Of a stretch of DNA of 64,000 bases, positions 48,801 to 61,125 are shown piece after piece; the stretch's first letter is position 1; each line of letters begins with the position of its first letter. This stretch comes from Adineta vaga. Lineage: Eukaryota > Animalia > Rotifera. Below the pieces are notes generated by a model, which made no database searches, was not told the origin of the DNA, and saw only the letters and a program-made list of their open reading frames with translations. The translations under genes and the position numbers were made by a program. The stretch is from the NCBI GenBank assembly GCA_021613535.1, contig CP075492.1, positions 9,486,001 through 9,550,000 on the forward strand, in the 5' to 3' direction.

Positions 48801-50384
48801 GCATCTTTTTTTAAAGATATGTAACAGTATTCTTTCTGAAGAAGCAGTACTTGGTTTTGATTATGGTTTTAGTATTCACGATCCGAAAAATCTTGTCATA
48901 TGGGAAGCACAATTCGGTGATTTCTTTAATGGTGCACAAATTATTATTGATACATATATCAGTGGTGGTGAATGTAAGTTTTTTCAAATAACTACAAGTA
49001 GAAAAATTCAATTTTGTTTTGTAGTAAAATTTCTTACACAATCTGGTATTGTTATGTTATTACCGCATGGTATGGATGGTGCAGGACCGGAACATAGTAG
49101 TTGTCATATTGAACGATTCTTACAGGTTAATGATTTGTTATTGTATTGATGAATTGTATAAAAATGAACTGAAATGTTTCTAGATGACTGACAGTAAGGA
49201 GAATGGTATTGATGGTGATGATATCAATATGCAAGTTGTGAATCCAACAACGCCTGCTCAATATTTTCATCTGCTACGACGTCAGGTACATATTGCTGAA
49301 AGAAATAATTTCAATAATCACAGTTTTTACCTTCCTATGCAAAACGATACTCTCCTTTCTAGAAATTAAAACCTATCGACAAACGAAATAAGTACTAGGA
49401 TATTAGTTATGCTCGAACACGATTGATTTAATTAAACTAAACAAAAAAAAACAAACAAATAATGAATTTAAGTATCGTTTCTCATTTAGATGATACGAAA
49501 TTTTCGTAAACCATTGATTGTTGCTGGACCGAAAATATTACTTCGTCATCCAGATTGTGTTTCTACATTGTACAGACATGAGTGATGGTACTCATTTCTT
49601 ACCTGTTTTAGCTGACAATACTCCCAAGGTATGTTCAATATATTTCCTTTTGTTATTGAAGAAAAATATCTGATCTTTAGACAAAAATAAACTTGGACAA
49701 AGTTCGTCGTCTTTTGTTTACTAGTGGTAAACATTATTATACATTGAATGATGAACGTGAAAAAAGAAAACGAGATGATGTTGCAATCATTCGTCTTGAA
49801 GAATTATGTCCATTTCCAGCTGATGAACTTCGACAAGAGATGAAAAAATATAAAAATATCAAAGAATTTATTTGGTGTCAAGAAGAACATCGAAATCAAG
49901 GTGCTTGGACTTTTGTTAAACCACGATTCGAAAATATCGTTGGAGTTCATGTATGTTAACTTAATGTTTATTTTCAAGAGAAACTTAGTAATTTCATATT
50001 TGACATAGCTATTCATATAAACAATAGATTTTAGTGAATAGTTGAGTTATCAGTGATTAGGAAAAAACGATCGTGTTGGTAGAAGAATAGGTAAACTAGA
50101 CAAGGAGCTCAAAGAAATAAATAACTGAATCATTTTCTAATGTCTTTTATTTGTATACACATGAAGGTCTTTTACTGTTCAAGGTAGATTAATAGATTTT
50201 CACAAGAGTTTTGTTAACTTTAAGTTTAAACGTATTTCCCTTCTTTCGTGTAATGGATATTTTCAATTTTTTTTTCTTCTAGCTTAAATATGCTGGACGC
50301 GAAGTTCTCGGTACACCCGCTGTGGCTATTGGCGAAGTTCATCAGCAAGAATGTGGCCAAATTTTAAAGCTTGCATTTGACTAA
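45843..50384 (+). CDS. DHTKD1: 2-oxoadipate dehydrogenase E1 (DHTKD1; OGDH family)
   Basis: [49 protein letters not shown] and [16 protein letters not shown] (DHTKD1-type). Confidence 0.88.
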
Positions 50385-51084
50385 AAACACTTGAAAAATG
50401 TTAGATTGATTTCTGCGTTTTATTATTTTAGAAAATAAAAAAAAGCAAATAGGGGCGTGATTTGATTTCTAATGGATCATTGAACCTTGCTGATATTGGT
50501 ATAATATGAAAAAGCGTTTCTAATTTGTTCTCTTTAATTGCACCGATAGAAATAATTGTCAAGAAACTTTTGTCATTATATACCGTAGTATATTATAGAA
50601 AGCCTTGGATAATAGCTTGAACAGTATTTCATCATATCACATAGTAATTTCAAGGAGACGAAAGTCTAATGTTACACATGAATAATCGTCCACACTATCA
50701 TCTTTAGTCGGTCATACATATTTTGACGTAACTTGCTTCTTTCAATTTATAAAAAAAAAAAGTCGAAGAAAGAAAAAAAAGAGAAGAATAGCTACAAAAG
50801 AAAAAAGTCAAAGAAGAAGAAGAAGAAGAAGAAGAAAAGAAAGAACAGTCAATGACAACTAGTCAATCAAAAAAAAACCTGCCAGCGTTGATTACTACGT
50901 TATCATACCTAATTTATTCGGTTCAATTTGAGCGTAGGTGAAACATTATCTACAACAAAAAAAAATGAAAAAGAAACGATATGTAATTTCTTCTTATAAT
51001 ACAAATAAATACTTCCGGCGACAAGGATCGATCAATTCACATCCATCAAAAAACGATCAAGCATCAGTAGCAAGTTCTTCTACA

Positions 51085-52620
51085 ATGGAGCCTTCAAATG
51101 GATATTCTCAAATGTCAACGCTTGATGATAGTCAAGCATTTAATGTTGGAGGAGAATATCAGTTCTCTGAACCTTATACTACAACGACTTCTACGGCCAA
51201 TAATAATACTCAACTGGATACGGAGATTCAAAGTTGGGAACATTTATTAGGAGAAAAAATTGGATTGACTAATTCTTATCCAAATTCTCCACCAACCGAA
51301 GGAACAGGTGATCAATCAGTTAAGATGGGATTTTCACCACAAGGAGATTCATTTAATTTTAAACGAAGTTCTCCAACAGAAAAACTCAATCCCGAAACTG
51401 ATTATGAAACATTGGTTCGAGCGAAAAATCTATATTATGATCCTGAACCAAAAGTTATTCGGAAATCTTCAACAGCAAATCCAGTTGTTTATAATCAAAA
51501 TATTATGGTACGATTTCTACAACCACCACCAGTTCCACAAGGACCATTGATTATTCGAGAAGTGCGTGCGCCACAACCACCACCACCACCACCACTTGTA
51601 AGTCCAAATCTCTCCTCTCTTTCCATAGTAAATCTTTCGTTCTATATAGGTTATTCGTCAACATCCTCCACCACCACTTTCTCCACCACCAATTATTCTT
51701 CGTGAAAAGCCACCCTCAATACCATCAATGATGACTGGTTAGTTGTCATTGAATATATATGCACAAATACAAAAACTTTCTCTATTTTAGCTAAAGTGAT
51801 CACAAAAACACTTCCACCTATTCCACCACCACCACGATCAGTCATCATTGAAAATCTCCCACGATTGCCTCCTAAACCACGTGATGTTATTATCGAACGA
51901 TGGATACCCTATGAATCGATCTACAAACGTCCAGTTATTGTCCATCGAGCTAAAGAAGCAAAACCATATCCACCACCTAAAAATATTATTATAACGTAAG
52001 ATTTTTTAAAAGAAATGTGGTCATCTATTAAATAGTCTCTGAAATCTTTTAGATATGAACCTATACAAACATGTATTGTTCGTCAATTTCAACGACTAGG
52101 AGTTACACCTGAGGATCCAACGAATTATTCGAAAAATTATGGAGATTCTCTACTTGATAGCGATCAATTATTAGCACAAATCAAAGAACTTGGTATCAAC
52201 GTTGATCTTGTATGTTTTAATTTGTTTTTCTTCATGTGATAATTTCTTTTCGATTTCATCTAGTCTCCACCACCTCTATTTAATAACAGTCAACAAGATT
52301 TATTGAATAATACAGACGCACTGTATAATAAATCTACTAATAATTCTCCACAAAAGCAATTATATGGTGAAGTAAATAATATCAATATGAACTACGCTCC
52401 AACCTTCGAAAATCTTATTCAAGGAACAAAATTAACAAGACGTGTGGCAGAATCGAATGTTCAAAAGATTGGAAATGAACAATTCAAATTTTTTCCAAGT
52501 ATAAAGACTATTTTTTTGTTTCACTTTTTATCTATTTTCGTTTATGATTTAGATAATGGAGAAGATTTAACAAGCCAATTTGCTCATTTTGGCATTTCGC
52601 CTGAAACTATTCCTTATTAA
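51085..52620 (+). CDS. Proline-rich uncharacterised protein (PPPPPLVIRQ / PPKPRDVIIERWIPY family); start uncertain
   Basis: Spliced ORF with VRFLQPPPVPQGPLIIREVRAPQPPPPPPLVIRQ, PPPRSVIIENLP and DVIIERWIPY. Confidence 0.72.
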
Positions 52621-54014
52621 AACAAAAATTGCAAATTATTGTTTTATTCAATTAGACATTTTGCTTAATTCTTTCGTGTATTAAAACCGAAAGAATCGAG
52701 CCTTTCTCTCTCCAAAATAATCAGATCGATCAATGATCTTATTATTTTTCTTCTTCTTCTTTAATTCAAATCTTTGTATTCGATAAGATAAAGATTTCAA
52801 ACCCATATTTTGTAGTGTATACTTCTATTAGAATGGAAGTAGATATTAGCTATAAATCTCACTTGTTTTATGTATTGTCTGCAGTTACTGAATAATAAAA
52901 TTTTTCTAACGAAGATATTATTAATCTGTTTGGTTGATTATTCTATACTTTGGAAGTATAAATAATATTGTTACAAGAGGTCAATTAATTCTGAACTTTA
53001 TTGTGTAATACTAACCTTCATGGATACATCTACAGTGAGTTTGATCGTGTGTATATGTGTTTTTATGCGCGAAATTTTTCTTATAAACAAAAAAGAACAT
53101 GTTATGATTTGATTGATGTATGATCACCTTCAAGATATGTTCAATATGATAGTTATTGATAAAAATCAGCAAATAGAAGAACAAAACAAACGTATACCGT
53201 TGATATGAATGTTATCTTGAAATAATTCTTTAAAGTATTCACTTAGCTTTTAATCGACGATTTCATTCTCGTTAGATACACTACAAAAGTCTTACTCACA
53301 TCTTTTTTCTCTCCATGAAATTCATCGATGTAATGAACCTTGACCTGCAAATTACTTTTTTCTTTCGATTACAATGTACCCATCATCTTGTCTACCTGAA
53401 CAACAAACATTATCTATTTGAATTATTTTTCATTTCAAGAAATTCTCAAAAGATTTACTTTACATACGATGGATGAGATTTCGAATACATGTAACAATGT
53501 CCTCGATAGAATTCAACATAAGCGTGAAGCACACTTTCTTCAACAAATTTCACGAGTTCTTTTTTTTTGTATATTGAAAACTATTAACGGCAAATGTTGC
53601 ATCACATTTCATTGAAGAAATGTATGTTTCACCGGTCAGAAAGATAGCATCATTTCTCACATAGGTCATCGAAGATGACAGTTTTTATTTTCATGTTGGT
53701 TTTGAATGTAATTTGATGAACTTCTGTTATTATATTGGATGTAATCAGAGAAAAAAAACGAATGTGAATATCTGATGATCAAAATACTTTACACGATAAG
53801 ACACATGCAGTGATGGTACACTTTAATTTCTGATTGAGATCAATTTTACAGATAAGAAATGATAAACTACCTTATACTAAATCGTTAATAAATGTCTATA
53901 TTCTTTAAAATAGGAGCAAAAAAGTAAATATTAACAGACGAAAAGAAGTGTGCGGGAAGAAAAATCTAAAGTTCATCTTATATACTTCAGATCTTATTTC
54001 AATGGTAGTTCTTT

Positions 54015-56718
54015 CTAATAAACACGAGGTTTTGGTGGTACTGATTGACAACGATCCTTGTCTAATGTATGATCGATAACTGCTCGATATGTTAATGTTG
54101 TCTAGAATAAAATAAAACAAAGACGAAATATTAACATTTAATTCAACTATAATATCATTCTGTTACTTTTCCTGTATCGGGATCAGTATAAGATAATGTA
54201 TGTTTACGCCAATGTTCTTCCATTGATTTCTTTTTCTGATTACTAATAGGATTTTTTTCTACATTTGTATAATCGTACTCATCAACGCGATTCTAAAAGT
54301 AATCGGAAAAGAATGTTTACATAAGAAAATGAAGGAAAAGTTTTATTCTTACAGGAAAATCTTCTCGTGCATGGGCACCTCGACTTTCTTTTCGTGCTTC
54401 AGCGCCATAAATTGTTTGCATAGCATTCAATAATAAATTTTGTAATTCAAGTGTTTCAATTAAATCTGAATTCCAGACAATACCACGATCTTTTATTTTA
54501 AGATCTTTTTGTTCTTGAAAGATACCATCCATAAGATCACAACCTTTTTTCAATGTTGCACCATCACGAAATACAGCAGCATGGTTTTGCATGGTCTAAT
54601 GAAATGAATAAGAAAATATTGAATAATCCATTCGTGTGTTCTATGTTTTCTATTTAAACAAACCTTTTGCATTTTCAGACGAAGATCAGCTGTTGAAATG
54701 GATCCATTTGCATTTCGAATTTGATCTAAATTAGCAATTGAAGCTTCACCAGCATTCTAAGTAATTAAATTAAATTGAATTGATTTCTTTATGAAAAACA
54801 TATTAACAAACCGATGGAAGATCAGCAAAGGATTCTCCTGGTTTATTTTCTGCTGCAATTGTATTTGCACATGCTCGACCGAAAACGACTAAATCCAATA
54901 AAGAATTTGCGCCTAATCGATTGGCACCATGAACACTAGCACATGCTGCTTCACCAGCTGCATATAAACCTTTAATGACGGAATCTTTACCATTCTTTTC
55001 TTGAATAACTTGACCTTTGTAATTTGTTGGTACACCACCCATATTATAATGAACAGTTGGTAGAACAGGTATAGGTTGTTTAGTTACATCAACACCAGAA
55101 AAGATATGTGCAGTTTCACTAATACCTGGTAAACGTTCATGTAATAATTTTGGATCTAAATGACTTAATTGAAGATAAATATGATCGTTATCTTTTCCAA
55201 CACCACTAAAATCAATTTAAAATGAAAATTATGTCTAAATTCGAACATTAACTATTCTCTTACCGTCCTTCACGAATTTCAATAGTCATAGCACGTGAAA
55301 CAACATCACGTGAAGCAAGATCTTTAGCAACTGGTGCATATCGTTCCATAAAACGTTCACCATTGCTATTAATAAGAAAACCACCTTCACCACGGCAACC
55401 TTCTGTCATCAAACAACCTGCACCATAAATACCTAAAAGCAGAAAAGTACACTTTTTGGTCAAAGAAAACTTTTTGTCACAATCAAATAGGCAATTACCA
55501 GTAGGATGAAATTGAACGAATTCTAAGTCTTGATTTTTAAGACCAGCACGAGTCGCCATAGCATTTCCATCACCAGTACATGTATGAGCTGATGTGCATG
55601 AAAAATATGTTCGTCCATAACCACTAGATTTACAAAGAGACTTTTAAAAACTATCTTCAAGTAAAATCACTTCTTATCATACCCAGTTGCTAAAACAGTA
55701 TTGTTTGCTCGAAATCGATGAAGACTACCATCTTCAAGATTCATAGCAATAACACCAATACATTGTGTATTATCTTTATTCATAAATAAATCCAAAGCAA
55801 AATATTCAATAAAATAATCTGTATTATATTTCAAAGACTAAATGAAATTAAGAAGACAATTTTATTCTAATCAGATTCAAGTTAAACATTCTTACTTGGC
55901 CATAAAGTGTGTGTAACATAGCATGACCTGTACGATCAGCAACACAACAGCAACGACGTGCTTGACCACCACGACCAAAATCATATGATTGACCACCAAA
56001 AGCACGTTGTAAAATCTTTCCTTCAGGTGTTCGACTGAATGGCATACCAATATTTTCAAGCTTTCCAATAGAAAAAACTCAATATACTAATCGAAAAAAG
56101 TAGATTTCATTTATATAAGTTACTTCAACAACAGCACGTGGAGCTTCTTCAGCCATATAATGTATAGCATCTTGATCTCCAAGCCAATCCGAACCTTTTA
56201 CGGTATCATACATATGCCAACGCCAATCATCGCGTTCCATATTGCCCAATGCAGCATTAATACCACCCTAAAATTAAATGCTCATACTATTGACATTTTT
56301 CTAAGTATTGACTTACTTGAGCGGCAACAGTGTGACTACGTGTTGGAAATAATTTACTAATAACTGCAGTTTTGAAACCAGCTGTCGATAGACCATAAGC
56401 AGCACGAAGACCAGCGCCTCCAGCTCCAACTACAACAGCGTCATAATTATGGTCGATAATTTTATAATTTGACGCGACCTAAAATGAAAGATGAATAGTT
56501 GGAGGTGATAATCATTCGTTCTAACATACACGATTGCCTGTTGTATGTTTGGCATCTGTGTTACGTGTTTGAGTTGTTTGAACTGCCAAAGAGCGTGTTA
56601 AGACCTAAATCATTATATTAGTTGGATATGGAAAATAAACTGATGAACTTACATTTGATCTTAATGAATTTAACGTTGGACAAAGGTTTCTCGATGAAAC
56701 TCTCGAGAGAAAACTCAT
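54015..56718 (-). CDS. SDHA: Succinate dehydrogenase flavoprotein subunit
   Basis: [54 protein letters not shown] and [10 protein letters not shown]. Confidence 0.98.
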
Positions 56719-57493
56719 TATGTTGTTACGTCAGATAAATCAACAGAGTAAATATTAGGTATACAAAAAAGTGGCCTCTTTTCCATAGAACAATGACTCA
56801 TCGTCTTATCCAATTCGTTGAAGATCATCGAAACATCATTTCAACATTTAATTATATAAAACATTTAAATCAAATCAAGATTAATTCAGAAATACATATT
56901 CTTCACATTTGAATTTTATACCTGTTAATATAAATGTCTTTTCATCAATTCGGGATTTAGACTGCTGCGATTTATACGCCATCTAGCGAAACTGAAATCA
57001 TCGATATCGTGTGTAAGTCTGAAGTTTTGCAATAATATACAGATGCGTCTTCGTCAAAGATATTTTGAGTGGCAAAGAACTCTACTATAATAAATCATTA
57101 ATTGTCCGTTATTCACTGTTATACATCGATTATTAAACTAAATTTATCTGTTTGCTATGTCTCAAGACTTTCGATCGTTATCTCTATAGTGTCATATTAG
57201 TACCATTCATCATTCTATTGCTGTTCAAATTTCATGATTATTTGTCTCTTATTTCTTCATGTTATGACATCAGTTTCACGTTTATTGTTATTTAATCGTA
57301 CTTATTTATTCTGAAAAAATATCTTCTAGAATTTCTGTATCGTTACAGAGTTCATTGCTCAGATTATTATTAAAAGATAGAGATTTACATATTTCTTCGC
57401 GAATTTACGAAGATTATTTTTACCGTTCATGCAATAGTGTCGAAATGTTTCGCTATTTTCTTGTTCTACTAAATTAAATTTAATAAAACAACG

Positions 57494-57937
57494 ATGTTCT
57501 TTTTCAATGGTCGAATCCGGAATGCACATGTAGCTCCTGTTATTTTACGTGATGACCCATACACTCATAGCATTGGTCATTCATGTGTTATTACAACTTG
57601 TCTCTTGTTGATTATTGGATTAACATTGATCATCACTGGTGTTATATCTGAAACAAAGAAAACAACGTTGATTGGTATTGGAGTAATTAGTATCGGGGTT
57701 AGTTTATTTATTACAACGATTTTTTGTTGTAATACTCACGTAAAAATTTGCTATCGAAATTGGGCACATGGACCACCAACTGTACGAACTCATTATAGAC
57801 GTCCTCAACGAATTTTAACAACTGCTATGTCAATTTCTGCTGTTCGCGATTTACGAGCAGTAGATGATGAAGCAACATTAAATTCTATTATTACCACAAA
57901 TACATATATTCATCCTAAAAACTGTATAAAAAAATGA
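57494..57937 (+). CDS. Small intronless protein with two predicted TM helices, unknown function
   Basis: 147-aa ATG ORF with hydrophobic segments CLLLIIGLTLIITGVI and LIGIGVISIGVSLFITTIFC. Confidence 0.6.
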   Translation: MFFFNGRIRNAHVAPVILRDDPYTHSIGHSCVITTCLLLIIGLTLIITGVISETKKTTLIGIGVISIGVSLFITTIFCCNTHVKICYRNWAHGPPTVRTHYRRPQRILTTAMSISAVRDLRAVDDEATLNSIITTNTYIHPKNCIKK

Positions 57938-58111
57938 CAATTTCGATTTTTATACGTATTTTATTGTTTTGACAATTAGCACTACAGATAATATCTTCTA
58001 ACGCCTCTATAAAATATCACCTGTTGTTTATTCTCATGGCCCAATTTATATTTTTGTCTGTGAATATTGTTCTTATTTTGAGTGTCTTCTGTTCGAAAAC
58101 GCGATATCAAA

Positions 58112-58925
58112 ATGAAGCTATTGATTTGCTCATTGATTCTGACTTTATTATTTAATATTTCAAGTGAATTTCTCTCATTCTATTCTAACCTATATGTACA
58201 ACGTTATTCTATATCATTTAGTACAATCAGTTGTTGATGCTGATCAACAACGAGAAAAGTTATCAAATTTGAATTTTCGTTCATTACCATCAGTTTATCA
58301 ACAGGCATTACTTGAAGTTCAAGCAACACCTGAAAGTCGTGCTGATGAAGTGTAATGAATTTTTTTTTCATGTAAACTCTCTTTTGTCAAATGAATAGAA
58401 TATGTTTTTAGTACATGGTGTTGTAAAAATGGTAATCCCGCGAAAATGAAAGTTATTACAACAACTTATATTCGTTGGGAACCAACCGGACAAACACAAG
58501 CGGTTCATACTGGTTATGATAGTTGTGGTTTTGGTGGATGGTCGAAATGTTCAACATACGGAATTCAACATGTGTAATGTCGAGTTGAGAGAAGAAAATA
58601 ATTTAACTTTTTTGTTTCCGTTCACTTTCTAGACCAACTTCACATATTGATTATGGACATGAACTTGTTCCCGATGTTGAAAATAGTCAATGTCCAGGAA
58701 ATCATCTTGTTTGTTGCAAATCGATGATACCTGTTGCTGGCTTTTGCATGAGTAAATCTATGCTCGAAATTTCTTTCCAAGTAATCTTTATTTATTGTAG
58801 GTATTCCTGAATTCAATCGTGTTGTTGCCGAATGGGCAAAATTACAAGCAACACATCCTGATGCAACACTTGCTAATTTGATTGTTTCAATACAAAACAA
58901 TGGTATATCATCATTAAGTGGATGA
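58112..58925 (+). CDS. Secreted Cys-rich protein with EMI-domain-like motif (5 exons)
   Basis: Signal MKLLICSLILTLLFNIS; spliced WCCK, SCGFGGWSKCSTY, CPGNHLVCC and GFC; frames consistent across GT-AG introns. Confidence 0.7.
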
Positions 58926-58971
58926 AAAAAATGAAAAATGTGAAAAAGATTAATAAAAGAAAGAGGAAAAT

Positions 58972-60757
58972 CTAAGGCTTGGATTTTGTTAAATTATTTT
59001 CAAATCTTGTTTGTTTCCATTCCACTAAATCGTTTGTGCTCATTTGATCAATACGTTCATTGAAATATCTTCGTAATTTCAAACCATTAGCAATACCATA
59101 CAAAACACGACTACGATCAAGATCAGAAGAACGATTTGCTAATGAGATACTATAGGCTTTACTACAGGATTCAATAGCAGAATTATAATCACCCTAATAG
59201 AAAATAAAGATAAAAGGATAAACAAAACAAAACAAAAGAATGAGAAAAAGGTACTAAGGTAGCATCGATTAAACCAAGTGCATTGCAAGCTTTGATATAT
59301 TGACGATCATTTGTTTTTGTTGATACTTTTTGTAGATATTTTGTTAGATATTCAGTACTTTTTTCGATATTTGATTTTCTAGAATATGAAAAGAAGTCGA
59401 ATGATTTAGTTTTGATCGTATTGAATATACTTTTGATAACAAATTGCAATTGATTCACTTGCTTGACCAAAACCTTCTTCATCATTCACTTGTTGACAAT
59501 AATCATAATATTTCTCAAAATATTCTAATGCTAAATCAATATCATTATGTTCAAGATAAATTAAACCTAATTTATAACAAATCTGATTTTCAATTTTTTT
59601 ATCATCACCTACGAACACAAAACTATGCATCAAATATCAATGATATTCAAGTTCTTACTCTGTATCGCTGCTTCATAAGCTTTTGTTACGTATTCCAATG
59701 TTTTATTAGTTGCTCGATGTTCAACTAATTTCATATATATACGTCCTAATTGAAGATTTGCATGAGTTCTTAAATCATAATAGTTTTCGCCAGCTTGACG
59801 ATATTGTTCGAAGCTTTTTACTGCTTTCGTAAGATCACCTAAATAATCATATCTTTCACTTCCGATTATACAGTCCCGATTGAACGTATGTGATTATCAA
59901 CAGATTCTTCTCTGCATAGGTACATACGTCAAAATCTTACCATGTCTTTCGTAGGATAATCCAATATTAAGATAAGCTTGAGCAACTAATTCTGAATCGA
60001 GTTGTGAATAAGTTCGAGCAATAGATAAGCATTTCTTATAGAAGTAATCTGATAACCAATAATCCTCACTTTTAAGAAAAAATGATGCTACTTCTACATA
60101 ACTTTTATACATATTTGAATATTGATCTAAATTCAAAATAGTTGACTGATGAATATTAATAAGATAGCATACGTCTTCGATCTGCTTCTTCAGCTTTCGT
60201 CAAATAAATACAAAGAAAACGTAATTTATCCGATTCTTCGTCTAGTAATGGTTGTCGATAAAGAGGATGTTCACTTCCTAATCGTTCTCGATCATGTTTT
60301 TGCCAAGTTAATATACTGAATAATTCACGAAATGATTGATGATAACCTTGACGAAGCATATCCATGGATAGCTGACGTTGTAATGAACTTCCATGTCTAT
60401 TTTCCAAAAAGAAAAATAACTTTCATTGTAGGTCAATTTCATTTCTGATACATTTACGTTTCAATATCAACTTTTGTCAATGGAGTTTGTTTTTTATAAG
60501 TAAGTGCTGTTTCTTTGATTTCTTTTGCTGATAACTATCGTTAAAAAGAATTGATCAAATAAATAGAAAAAGAAATCTTTTGTCGTTTTACAAACTTTAT
60601 GTTTTTCTCTATAAGTTTTGCTTGGTAAAATAACATGACGATAGAATTCTGATTGACCTTTATTCTTAGGTCTAGTTACTGATTTTGTTGATGTTTCAGC
60701 TACAATAATCATTTATACGATCTATAATCTTTGTCCTTCTCGTTTTTACTTACTCAT
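58972..60757 (-). CDS. TTC29: Tetratricopeptide repeat protein 29
   Basis: LSMDMLRQGYHQSFRELF, YLTKAEEADRR, YWLSDYFY and TPR repeats. First coding exon is ATG A|gtaagt. Confidence 0.85.
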
Positions 60758-60768
60758 TTTATTATTGA

Positions 60769-60782
60769 GATGTCTTAGCAAC
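60769..60782 (-). promoter_or_regulatory. RFX X-box-like site upstream of TTC29
   Basis: Minus strand GTTGCTAAGACATC, just upstream of the ATG. Confidence 0.55.
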
Positions 60783-61125
60783 TCACATAAATATTGACTT
60801 CAGTTTATCTTTCATATGTTATAAGATACATTAAAGTGCTTATCAGAACATACAAATGCGACATCTATTGGAAATGTCATTGATTATCGTATTTTTTCAG
60901 TAGTATGTTTATTTTAATTCGAAAAAAGTTTTATTTTTTGAAAATATATCATCTATCAATAATTTAATATTAATTGATCTTCTTCCAAACCAATCTGATT
61001 CTTCCAAAACTTCACTCACTCAATGATCCACCCATCCACATCCATCGGTCGGTGAATCGTCTCGTCATCAACCTCAACTATTTAACATCTGTTACAAGAC
61101 AGACTAATCGAAAAACGACGAAAAA

